This document shows, one piece after another, positions 10,134 through 18,508 of a stretch of DNA of 64,000 nucleotides (the first letter of the stretch is position 1; the number at the start of each line of letters is the position of its first letter). Position numbers and translations under genes: made by a program. The notes under the pieces were generated by a model that worked only from the letters and a program-made list of their open reading frames with translations, made no database searches and was not told the origin of the DNA. The stretch comes from Cyanophyceae cyanobacterium (GTDB taxonomy: Bacteria > Cyanobacteriota > Cyanobacteriia > Cyanobacteriales > JAAUUE01), in NCBI GenBank assembly GCA_038321825.1, contig JBBQFK010000001.1:1197-65196 (forward strand). The letters are read 5' to 3'.

Positions 10134-10763
10134 TTACTGGAGTGAGGTCTGTCGAGATTCTTTTAAGGACAGGCGATAGTTTCTGACTGCTTGAGTTTGC
10201 TGGTCTGTCTGAATAAAACTCATGAGTAGAGAGGGGTCTAGGTCTGGTAACAGTAGACTTCGATCGCTCTGGAGGTACTCTTGTCCATTGCTGGCAAGGT
10301 GATAGAAAGTTAACTTTTGCTGTTGCCAAAACCACACCTCTGGCACTCCCAAACCTTGATACACCGCCAATTTGTCCACGCCTCCACTGGTTAAGACTAT
10401 TTCCAGAGCAATATCAGGAACTTCTTTTAGCGCTCCCAGACAATAACATTCATCAGGCTCCACACCCCTCTGCCCATCTTGGTTTCTAAAAGTGGCATTC
10501 CCATAGCCGTTGAGATCAATATTCCGTTCTTCAGCGTAGGTTTCTAACAGGCGAGTGATAATTTTTTTGAGGCTCTCATGCTCCACAGAAGTAGTCATTG
10601 CAATCTCTAGGGTTCCTGTTAGATAGGTCAGCCGTGGAAAGCGATCGACAAAGATTGCAGAAATCTCTAAGTATTGCTCCCAAGTAGCACCGTAGAGAGT
10701 TACTCTCTGTTCTTTAGCTGCCTCTAGGGTTGTGGGGTCAAGGAGAAGCATCGGTATCACCAT
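10134..10763 (-). CDS. Uma2-family (DUF820) putative endonuclease
   Basis: Family-typical layout: TWEQYLEI...RLTYLTGTLEIAMTTSVEHE...GVEPDECYCL. Confidence 0.75.
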   Translation of the reverse strand: MVIPMLLLDPTTLEAAKEQRVTLYGATWEQYLEISAIFVDRFPRLTYLTGTLEIAMTTSVEHESLKKIITRLLETYAEERNIDLNGYGNATFRNQDGQRGVEPDECYCLGALKEVPDIALEIVLTSGGVDKLAVYQGLGVPEVWFWQQQKLTFYHLASNGQEYLQSDRSLLLPDLDPSLLMSFIQTDQQTQAVRNYRLSLKESRQTSLQ

Positions 10764-10846
10764 TCCTCGTGATTAGATTACTTTCATCATAAATCACTTT
10801 TCGGGGCTTGAGGGGCAATGTGAATATTGTTAGTAATTAAGGGCAA

Positions 10847-10863
10847 GGTGGGCAAGGCCCACC
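10847..10863. repeat. GC-rich hairpin repeat GGTGGGC-AAG-GCCCACC
   Basis: Perfect 7-bp stem with a 3-nt loop in the intergenic DNA between Uma2 and ndk. A degenerate relative lies at about 59003-59030. Confidence 0.6.
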
Positions 10864-10949
10864 CTACGTACTACCTATGGAATTTATGGGTAAGTTCTGC
10901 CTAAATCCTTAACAAATCCTCAATAAATCCTTGAATGGAAACGTCATAT

Positions 10950-11399
10950 TTACTCGTAGAGCCAAGGATTAGCTACGGGCTGCCAGATAACCAACTCCTC
11001 TGGAGTAAACCATAGAGCTATTTCTGTTTTGGCAGTTTCGATCGCATCGGAGCCGTGGATCAAGTTCCGCCCAATACTGACCCCAAAGTCCCCCCGGATT
11101 GTCCCCAATTCTGCGGCGAGGGGGTTGGTCGCCCCAATGATTTTCCGAGCAGAGGCAACTACACCATCTCCTTCCCATACCATCGCCACCACAGGAGATG
11201 AGGTAATAAATTTTACCAAGCCGCTAAAGAAGGGTCTTTCCTTGTGAACATCGTAGTGTTTTTCTGCCAGTTCTTTGCTGACACCCATAAATTTCATACC
11301 GACTAGGGTAAAACCCTTGGTTTCAAAGCGTTTGATCACATCGCCCACTAGTCCACGTTGAACTCCATCGGGTTTGATCGCAATAAATGTCCTTTCCAA
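10950..11399 (-). CDS. ndk: Nucleoside diphosphate kinase
   Basis: [19 protein letters not shown] and active-site NLIHGSD; 149 aa. Confidence 0.95.
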   Translation of the reverse strand: MERTFIAIKPDGVQRGLVGDVIKRFETKGFTLVGMKFMGVSKELAEKHYDVHKERPFFSGLVKFITSSPVVAMVWEGDGVVASARKIIGATNPLAAELGTIRGDFGVSIGRNLIHGSDAIETAKTEIALWFTPEELVIWQPVANPWLYE

Positions 11400-11473
11400 A
11401 ATAATCTCCTCAATAACTGGTAATCAATAGCTTGCAAGTCTGCAATTAATATCAACAACACTTTATCAAAAAT

Positions 11474-11501
11474 CAGTTACCAGTTATCAGTTACCAGTTA
11501 T
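11474..11501. repeat. Heptanucleotide tandem repeat (CAGTTAY)x4, STRR-like
   Basis: cagttac cagttat cagttac cagttat, read directly in the ndk-thyX intergenic region. Confidence 0.8.
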
Positions 11502-11528
11502 CAACTCTTGCTGTTCACTGTTCCTTGT

Positions 11529-13154
11529 TTACTGTTCACTGTTTAGTTGGGCTATCTTTCGATCGAGCCTTTGCTCTGCTGTCAATCTCTCCAAATCATA
11601 GTCATTCATATCTACAAACTGCATTCCCGAAGCAATTAGGGGATGAACTTTAGTGATCTGTTGATACATCTCTTGGGCAACTAGACGGTAGGAAGGATGT
11701 CCCTGCCTTGCACTGCGTAACTCTAGTAAATGGTAGGCTTCTCGGAGATTTAGCTTGATTTTCCATCGAATCTTGTGGGCAAAGGGGACGATGTATTGAG
11801 CAGCTTGGGGAAAGTCTTGGGCGATCGCATTGTAGGCAGCAGCAGCAGATTCTAGGGCTTTTTGATAGGGTGTTGCTAAACCAGATTCAATCAACTCAGA
11901 GGGAACTACATAGCCGTGGGCTACGGTGTAATCCTGCCGCTCTTGACTAATCAGGCGATGACGTTGCAAATCTCGGTAGGCTCCAATATCTATAAGTAAA
12001 TCAAAGGTGTAGGCTGTCTCTTCAAAAGCCCTGCCTACTTTGTAAAATCTAGATTGTCGATCGCCTAAGTAGGTTTGGAGGATTTCTATTTTTTGCTCCG
12101 GGGATAACTCAGCTACCTGCTCTCTAATTTGCTCAATGGTAGAACTGCTATGGGGATAGAGGATCGCCGCAATTACTTTATCTTCGGCGTGTCGATCGAA
12201 CTCAATTAGTTGCACGCCTCTTTGACCTTGGCTAGGCTTTGGCTCCCTTAATAAATGCTGAGTTATTTCTCTAGTAGCTCCTAAGTTTTTGGCAATGTAT
12301 TTAGAATAATCAATCCCCCGCTCTGTCTTGGATTTCTTGATAAAAGAGGGAATAATTTTCCCTAACTCTTCTTGCATGGATAAGCCTAGGGATTTAATTT
12401 CTGCATGGGGTGAGGCAGCAAACTTTGTCAGTAGATATTCAAAAGCTCGACCGTTCCCATACAAACCTACGTTAGTTAAAGTTGCCATGGGTAATAAACC
12501 CCGGAGAATGTCTAGGGCTTTGGCTTTGGTGGCACTGAGATAAGCTCGATCGCTAGTCTTGGCATCTTGGGGATGCTGAGTTTTTAGCCATTGGGTAAGC
12601 GGATCAATTAAGGCAGAATAGGTATCAAATAAGCTGTCTAGGGCTGATTCGTAGAGCGTTGCATAGCTAGACTCCATAATGGTCGGCTCTCGGTAATAGA
12701 GATACTTACCATCTTGCTTTTTGTTGAACAGTACGTACCTTGTGGATTTTTCTAGGGGAGAAATACCAATGCGACAATCTTCTAGGGCTTTGGCTGCGAT
12801 GTTGCTAATTCCCTCACAGGCAATGTGCGCCCCGCCTAGTTCGGCGATCGAGTCATCTCCGTAACCAAGTAACACTCGATCGTAAAATGACTCAGCTTGT
12901 TTAATGGCAATTAACTGTTCTGTGCTGTTATCAACATCGCCAACAATGCCCTGAAACCCCGCCTCGCTTGCCTTGATAAACTCATCTAACAATATTTGTC
13001 GTAAATCTTTTTCACTGCGACTGTAGCGAGAAAATAAGGCTCCTTTCACTACTTCAGGCAGGTTTTTTAAGCAAAATACGGGCTTGTCTAAGTTGGTGAC
13101 AAAGGGAGTTAATAGGGATTGATCTGGAAGGCTATCTATCAAAATTTCAGGCAT
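11529..13154 (-). CDS. thyX: FAD-dependent thymidylate synthase ThyX, long two-domain form
   Basis: 541 aa. The C-terminal half carries the ThyX signature LQRHRLISQERQ. The N-terminal half carries a degenerate counterpart, FSRYSRSEKDLRQ. Confidence 0.8.
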   Translation of the reverse strand: MPEILIDSLPDQSLLTPFVTNLDKPVFCLKNLPEVVKGALFSRYSRSEKDLRQILLDEFIKASEAGFQGIVGDVDNSTEQLIAIKQAESFYDRVLLGYGDDSIAELGGAHIACEGISNIAAKALEDCRIGISPLEKSTRYVLFNKKQDGKYLYYREPTIMESSYATLYESALDSLFDTYSALIDPLTQWLKTQHPQDAKTSDRAYLSATKAKALDILRGLLPMATLTNVGLYGNGRAFEYLLTKFAASPHAEIKSLGLSMQEELGKIIPSFIKKSKTERGIDYSKYIAKNLGATREITQHLLREPKPSQGQRGVQLIEFDRHAEDKVIAAILYPHSSSTIEQIREQVAELSPEQKIEILQTYLGDRQSRFYKVGRAFEETAYTFDLLIDIGAYRDLQRHRLISQERQDYTVAHGYVVPSELIESGLATPYQKALESAAAAYNAIAQDFPQAAQYIVPFAHKIRWKIKLNLREAYHLLELRSARQGHPSYRLVAQEMYQQITKVHPLIASGMQFVDMNDYDLERLTAEQRLDRKIAQLNSEQ

Positions 13155-13170
13155 GGTTTAGTTTATAAAT

Positions 13171-13404
13171 CTATATAGCAATGTTTGTAGTAAATTGTAG
13201 TGTCTTTGGTGGAGGGATTGTTTCACCTTCGGCTTGCCAAGATTCTAGGTACATTTCTATGACTTCTTCCCCATTTCTGATTGCTTCTGCACGAGTTTTG
13301 CCGTGGGTGCAGGGCATGATCACTCGATCACTAAATTCGGGAATTGTCACCAAAAAAAGTTGATCTTCTTCTGACCACTGGACAATCATGCTGTATTGAT
13401 TCAT
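13171..13404 (-). CDS. hicB: Type II antitoxin, HicB family
   Basis: 77 aa with a HicB-like N-terminal fold pattern (IVQWSEEDQLFLVTIPEF...GKTRAEAIRNGEEVIEMYLE). Overlaps hicA by 4 nt (ATGA). Confidence 0.75.
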   Translation of the reverse strand: MNQYSMIVQWSEEDQLFLVTIPEFSDRVIMPCTHGKTRAEAIRNGEEVIEMYLESWQAEGETIPPPKTLQFTTNIAI

Positions 13405-13625
13405 AACTCTCCGCCATCTCTCAATTTTTTCAATTCAATCAATAATTCTTGTAATTGTTTTTCTAAATATCTAGGTACATCAGCGCCATCTTTACCGGGG
13501 ATTGTCAAAGTCTTACCTAGCAAATCATGTCGCCAGCGATCGTGGCTGCCTTTACCACGTTTAGGGAGATGAATAAAACCTTCACGCCTAATCTGGGCTT
13601 TTAGTTCTCTAATTTTCCTTGGCAT
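13401..13625 (-). CDS. hicA: Type II toxin, HicA family (YcfA-like mRNA interferase)
   Basis: 74 aa: MPRKIRELKAQIRREGF...GKGSHDRWRH...LTIPGKDGADV. Toxin-first order with a 4-nt overlap to hicB. Confidence 0.75.
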   Translation of the reverse strand: MPRKIRELKAQIRREGFIHLPKRGKGSHDRWRHDLLGKTLTIPGKDGADVPRYLEKQLQELLIELKKLRDGGEL

Positions 13626-13652
13626 CAGACATTATTGTTTGTATGAAGGTAA

Positions 13653-14747
13653 TTATAGCATCGCTTCTTTTATCTCTTGGAGAAGCTGCTGGGTGAGCGG
13701 GTGGGAAGAGAGGGAGGCGGAGCTATTGTTGGCTAGGGCTTGTTGCAATAGATAGCGGAAATTTCCCCAAGTTGTTTGAGTATCGGGATGATTTTCTCCT
13801 AGACTTTTCGTCCAAATCTCCAAAGTCCGCAAGTACAGAAGTTCGGCATCACTGTAGCGTCCCATAGCTCGGTAAAGTTCTGCCAAATTGTTGAGGCTTT
13901 GGGCAGTATCGGGATGGTCTTTCCCTAGCTGGGTTTCTTTGATCTGGAGCGATCGCTTGTACAAAGATTCCGCTTCGCTGTAGTGTCCCATAGCATAGTA
14001 AAGTGCAGCCAAATTGTTGAGGCTGTTGGCGGTGTCGGGATGGTCTGCCCCTAGCTGAGTTTCTTTGATCTGGAGCGATCGCTTGTACAAAGGTTCCGCT
14101 TCGCTGTAGCGTCCCATAACATAGTAAAGTGCCGCCAAATTGTTCAGACTTAGAGCAGTGTGGGGATGGTCTGCCCCTAGCTGAGTTTCCCTAATCTGAA
14201 GCAATTCCTCATACAAAGGTTCGGCTTCGCTGTAGCGTTCCATAGCATAGTAAAATCCTGCCAAATTGTTGAGGCTTAGGACAGTATGGGGATGGTCTGC
14301 CCCTAGTTGGGTTTCCCTGATCTGGAGTGCTCGTCCATACAAAGATCCCGCATTGCTGTATCGTCCCATAGCTTTGTAAAAATACGCCAAATTGTTGAGA
14401 CTGGTGGCGGTGTCGAGATGATCTTCCCCTAGGATTTTGTCTACAGAGCTTAAACACCTCTCACGAAGTTTTAGAGCTAGAGCGTAGAACCCTTGTCCCT
14501 GATAGATTCTGGCAACTCCTTCAAATGCCCATCCCAAATTGAAGTCTTCGCCGGGGTTAGGGATATCTTCAATCATTTCACTGCTTAGTAGTTCCAGATG
14601 GGGAATCGCTGGAGCTAACCTTGCAATCAATTCTTGGGTAGGTGATTGGGGTATCTGTTTGGCAACTACCAGCATTACCTTTACAAAAGCCTGCTTTAGT
14701 TGATTTGCTTCAGTTTCCTGCTTAACCTTAACTAACGTCTGTGACAT
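13653..14747 (-). CDS. TPR protein (kinesin-light-chain-type 42-aa repeats, about 6 units), short paralog of 14975-16690
   Basis: The first ~100 aa are nearly identical to the 571-aa TPR protein. Repeat unit: ALSLNNLAxLYxxMGRYSEAEPLYxRSLQIxETQLGxDHPxT. Confidence 0.8.
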   Translation of the reverse strand: MSQTLVKVKQETEANQLKQAFVKVMLVVAKQIPQSPTQELIARLAPAIPHLELLSSEMIEDIPNPGEDFNLGWAFEGVARIYQGQGFYALALKLRERCLSSVDKILGEDHLDTATSLNNLAYFYKAMGRYSNAGSLYGRALQIRETQLGADHPHTVLSLNNLAGFYYAMERYSEAEPLYEELLQIRETQLGADHPHTALSLNNLAALYYVMGRYSEAEPLYKRSLQIKETQLGADHPDTANSLNNLAALYYAMGHYSEAESLYKRSLQIKETQLGKDHPDTAQSLNNLAELYRAMGRYSDAELLYLRTLEIWTKSLGENHPDTQTTWGNFRYLLQQALANNSSASLSSHPLTQQLLQEIKEAML

Positions 14748-14787
14748 ATTCCTCTCTCTCTAACTCTTCTCTAACAAGCTCTTGAAT

Positions 14788-14967
14788 CTAATTTGGGTTT
14801 TTGGGGCTGATTTGCTCTGAGAGGGCTGGGTGTTGAAAAATATGAGGGCTGCTGTTGATCCGAACTAACTTGAAGCCAAAGCTTTCAACTACACTCACTA
14901 GGTCATTAAAGGCAAAATTATTACTGTTATTGAAGAGCCTTTGAAATAATTTCTGTCGTTTAGTCAT
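14788..14967 (-). pseudogene. Degenerate/truncated HicA-like toxin ORF (59 codons, below the ORF-track cutoff)
   Basis: Hand translation: MTKRQKLFQRLFNNSNNFAFNDLVSVVESFGFKLVRINSSPHIFQHPALSEQISPKNPN*. It resembles the HicA pattern (GF..V...GSHxxFxHP) with the Gly replaced. A TAG stop cuts an otherwise continuing frame (IQELVREELERE). Confidence 0.35.
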
Positions 14968-14974
14968 ATTTTAA

Positions 14975-16690
14975 TCATTCTCTCAACTCTTGGAGAAGCT
15001 GCTGGGTGAGGGTATGGGGGGAGAGGGAGTCGGTGCTGCCGTTGGCTATGGCTTGTTGGAGGAGATCGCGGAAGTTGCCCCAAGCTGTTTGGGTATAGGG
15101 ATGATTTTCTCCTAAACTTTTTGTGTAAATCTCTAAGGTTCTCAAATACAAAGGTTCGGCATCACCGTAGCATCCCATGGATTTGTAAAGTAATGCCAAA
15201 TTGTTGAGGCTGGTGGCGGTGTCTGGATGATCTAATCCTAGTTGGGTTTCCCTGATCTGGAGTGATCTCCTATACAAAGGTTCCGCATCGCTGTGGCTTC
15301 CCATGGATCGGTAAAGTTCTGCTAAGTTGTTCAAGCTGGTGGCAGTGAGAGGATGGTCTGCCCCTAGTTGAGATTTCCTGATCTGGAGTGCTCTCTCATA
15401 TAAAGGTTCAGCATCGCTGTAGCGTCCCATGACTCGATAAAGTTCCGCCAAATTATTCAGGCTGGTGGCGGTGTGTGGATGGTCTGCCCCCAGTTGGGTT
15501 TCCCTGATCTGTAACGATTGCTCAAACAAGGGTTCGGCATCGCTGTAACGTACCATTGCTTTGTAAAGGGCTGCTAAATTATTCATGCTGATGGATGTGT
15601 GTGGATGGTCTGCCCCTAGCTGGATTTCCCTGATTTGCAGTGAGCGCCTATACAAAGGTTCGGCATCGCTGTAGCGTCCCATAGCATAATAAAGTGCCGC
15701 CAAATTGTTCAGGCTGGTGGCGGTGTGTGGATGGTCTGCCCCTAGCCGGATCTCCATGATCTGGAGCGACCTATAAAACAAAGGTTCAACATCGCTGTAG
15801 CGTCCCATGGCATAGTAAAGTTCTGCCAAATTCTTCAGGCTAGAGGCGGTGTGTGGATGATCAACTCCCAGTTCGGTTTCCCTTATGTAGAGCGCGCGCT
15901 GATGCAAAGGTTCGGCATCGCTGTAGCGTCCCATAGATTCGTAAAGTCCCGCCAAATTGTTCAAGCTGGAGGCGGTGTCGGGATGGTCTGCTCCCAGTTG
16001 GGTTTCTCTGATCTGGAGCGATCGCTCAAACAAGGGTTCGGCATCGCTGTAGCGTCCCATAGCACAGTAAAGTCCCGCCAAATTGTTCAGGCTGGAGGCG
16101 GTGTCTGGATGGTTAGCACCCAGTTGGGTTTCACATATCTGGAGCGATCGCTGATGCAAAGGTTCGGCATCGCTGTAGCGTCCCATAGATTCGTAAAGTC
16201 CCGCCAAATTGTTCAAGCTTTGTGCGGTGTCGGGATGGTCAATACCCAGTTGGGTTTCCCTGATGTGGAGTGATCGTCCATGCAAAGGTTCTGCATCGCC
16301 ATAGCGTCCCATGACTCGATAAAGTTCCGCCAAATTGTTGAGACTGGTGGCAGTGGATGGATGGTCTGACCCTAGAATTTTTTCTGAGGAGCTTAAGCCT
16401 CTCTCACTAGGTTCTAGAGCTAGGGTGTAGAATCCTTGTCCCTCATAGAATCTAGCGATTCCTGTAAATGCCCATCCCAGATTGAAATCTTCTCCGGGGT
16501 TGGGTATATCCTCGATCATTTCTCGGCTGAGGAGTTCCAGATGGGGAATCGCCGGGGCTACACTAGCGATCAAATCTTGAGTAGGAGTTTCAGGTATCTG
16601 TTTAGCAACTGCGAGCATCACCTTCACAAAAGCTCGCTTCAATTGATCCGCTTCAGTTTCCTGCTTAACTTTAACTAACGTCTGTGACAT
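14975..16690 (-). CDS. TPR sensor-like protein (about 11 kinesin-light-chain-type repeats) paired with the NB-ARC NTPase
   Basis: 571 aa. Its start codon lies 20 nt inside the 3' end of the NB-ARC ORF. Regular 42-aa TPR units. Confidence 0.85.
   Translation of the reverse strand: MSQTLVKVKQETEADQLKRAFVKVMLAVAKQIPETPTQDLIASVAPAIPHLELLSREMIEDIPNPGEDFNLGWAFTGIARFYEGQGFYTLALEPSERGLSSSEKILGSDHPSTATSLNNLAELYRVMGRYGDAEPLHGRSLHIRETQLGIDHPDTAQSLNNLAGLYESMGRYSDAEPLHQRSLQICETQLGANHPDTASSLNNLAGLYCAMGRYSDAEPLFERSLQIRETQLGADHPDTASSLNNLAGLYESMGRYSDAEPLHQRALYIRETELGVDHPHTASSLKNLAELYYAMGRYSDVEPLFYRSLQIMEIRLGADHPHTATSLNNLAALYYAMGRYSDAEPLYRRSLQIREIQLGADHPHTSISMNNLAALYKAMVRYSDAEPLFEQSLQIRETQLGADHPHTATSLNNLAELYRVMGRYSDAEPLYERALQIRKSQLGADHPLTATSLNNLAELYRSMGSHSDAEPLYRRSLQIRETQLGLDHPDTATSLNNLALLYKSMGCYGDAEPLYLRTLEIYTKSLGENHPYTQTAWGNFRDLLQQAIANGSTDSLSPHTLTQQLLQELRE
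15100..16351. repeat. Array of about 10 tandem 126-bp coding repeats (TPR units); coordinates approximate
   Basis: Repeated nucleotide blocks such as ggttcggcatcgctgtagcgtcccat recur with a 126-bp period. They also create spurious antisense ORFs. Confidence 0.8.
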
Positions 16691-18044
16691 ATTCTTCCCC
16701 CTCCAATTTGCCTCTAAAAAACTCTCTAATCAAAGAATGTAAACGATAAGTACGCAGATCGATATTTTGAAACAGATGGAAACGAATTAGTTTTGCCCTA
16801 GCAGCTTCCAACTCCTCTAGCTCAAATTCCCCCCACTCTGGATTCATTTGATAATATTCCTCCTCAATCCGCTCCACCAACTCCCAAGGAATCGGCGCTG
16901 GGGCAAACAAACTCAACAACTTACCGAGATGTTGACTACCCTCCTCTAGCAACTCCCAACTCAGGTTAAAAGCCGCCTCCACCCCTAACTTTGCTGTAGA
17001 TGTTAGAGTTTCCTGCTCCACATCCAGAGATTTGTGTCGTAGAGCCTGACGAATTTTTGCCTTTTCTTGTAAGCGAAACAACAAAGTCGATAGGGACAAC
17101 TCCGGTAAGGCAACTAAGTAGCGCCCCACCAACTCCAAACCTAGGGGAAGATACTCCAACCAAGTACAGAGAGTTGCCGCTATTTCTGGCTCTTGATCGA
17201 TCCGCTCCTGCCCAATGATTGACCCTAACAATTCTAGGGATTGCTCCAAACTCAGCACCTCTAGAGGCAGCATCTGGATGGGTGAGCCAAACTTTAGCCG
17301 GGTAGTCATCAATACCTTAAAACGAGCATCCTTCGGTGGCAAGTATGGCTCTACGATGGGGTAGCTGACAACATCATCTAGAACCACCAACACATCACCC
17401 GATCGCCAATTTCGCCAACAAAATGCTACCTGATCGTCAACCTTATCCAACCCTTCAGGAACCTTCAGCCCCATCTGTGCTTGAGCAAAGCTAACAATTT
17501 GAGTTCCAATATTCTCACTTCTAGCGAATAGCCAACACAACCCGCCCTGATAAACCTCCTCATACTTTTCTGCATACTGGATCGCCAGTTCAGTTTTACC
17601 CACACCTCCCATGCCAGCGATCGCCGAAATCGCCACCAAAGTACCTTGCTGTAACTGATTATGAAGAGTTAGCAGGGCATCTTCTCGTCCCACAAACCTC
17701 GTCACCCCACTACGGGGAATGTTTTTAGGGATGCCCACAGGCTGGAGCGACTTCAAAAGTTCCCCCAAAGCCTCATGCAAAACATCCTGTAATACTTCCG
17801 GCTTCACATCATTCAGGTGAATCCCAATATTGGCAATTCCCCCCGTCACCCAGGTTTGAAACCCCTTCGCATTGCCTTGATTGATCTGGATCAAATTGCG
17901 ATCGCCTTGAATTGCTTCTCCTAACTGGGAGTTGACATCAATGCGTTGCTTCACCAGCCCCACCAACTTCGCCACATCCGCTTGGGGATTATCTTGGAGG
18001 ATTTCTGCCGTAAGCTGGCATAACTGCGTAATTAAATCTGTCAT
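16671..18044 (-). CDS. NB-ARC STAND NTPase (bacterial NLR core) with N-terminal Q/N/G-rich signalling motif
   Basis: Walker A GMGGVGKTELA, Walker B VLVVLDDV, RNBS-B-like KVLMTTR, GLPL-like YLPLGLELVGRYL. N-terminal residues 47-78: GDRNLIQINQGNAKGFQTWVTGGIANIGIHLN. Confidence 0.85.
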   Translation of the reverse strand: MTDLITQLCQLTAEILQDNPQADVAKLVGLVKQRIDVNSQLGEAIQGDRNLIQINQGNAKGFQTWVTGGIANIGIHLNDVKPEVLQDVLHEALGELLKSLQPVGIPKNIPRSGVTRFVGREDALLTLHNQLQQGTLVAISAIAGMGGVGKTELAIQYAEKYEEVYQGGLCWLFARSENIGTQIVSFAQAQMGLKVPEGLDKVDDQVAFCWRNWRSGDVLVVLDDVVSYPIVEPYLPPKDARFKVLMTTRLKFGSPIQMLPLEVLSLEQSLELLGSIIGQERIDQEPEIAATLCTWLEYLPLGLELVGRYLVALPELSLSTLLFRLQEKAKIRQALRHKSLDVEQETLTSTAKLGVEAAFNLSWELLEEGSQHLGKLLSLFAPAPIPWELVERIEEEYYQMNPEWGEFELEELEAARAKLIRFHLFQNIDLRTYRLHSLIREFFRGKLEGEEYVTDVS

Positions 18045-18070
18045 AGTCGCCCTTAGTTGCGAGTCTTAAC

Positions 18071-18508
18071 TTAAGAATTTGGTGTTTGCCCCTTCTGGAT
18101 ATGAATCTCTCCAATATAAGCAGTGCCGCCTTCAACCTTAGTCTGCCAGCCTCTAGCATTATCAGAAATATTCTGAGTCATACTACTATTGTCTTGAATT
18201 TTCCCTGCTTGGATAGTCTGAGCCAACAGCTTTAGTTCATGAGCAAAATCTGGATCATCATCCAACACTACATCAAGATTTTTTGTCACTGTTTCTAGCG
18301 CAATTTGATCGCCTTTTTCTACATTAACCAAAGCCTCATCTACCTTGGCAGATTTCCCCGATAACTTAGTTTTGATCTGCCTCCACAGTTCAGGAATTTT
18401 GGCGATCGCCTCAGTCGTGAATTTTTTAGCTAATTCCCCAGCACTTGATTCGATAAACTTTGATGCGGCTAATGTCACTAATACTCCAGCAGTCAGAGGA
18501 TCCGTCAT
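18071..18508 (-). CDS. Small Bell-like (putative membrane-targeting/cell-death) protein with C-terminal amyloid-signalling-like motif
   Basis: 145 aa. Hydrophobic/amphipathic N-terminus MTDPLTAGVLVTLAASKFIESSAGELAKKF. C-terminal NARGWQTKVEGGTAYIGEIHI matches the NB-ARC N-terminal motif. Lies 26 bp upstream of the NB-ARC gene. Confidence 0.55.
   Translation of the reverse strand: MTDPLTAGVLVTLAASKFIESSAGELAKKFTTEAIAKIPELWRQIKTKLSGKSAKVDEALVNVEKGDQIALETVTKNLDVVLDDDPDFAHELKLLAQTIQAGKIQDNSSMTQNISDNARGWQTKVEGGTAYIGEIHIQKGQTPNS

Noticed and set aside
15851-16273. 140-aa plus-strand ORF (and 14209-14457, 16436-16678) within the TPR genes
   Set aside because: These are antisense or alternate-frame products of the 126-bp TPR repeats. 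Their internal periodicity simply mirrors the repeats on the coding strand.
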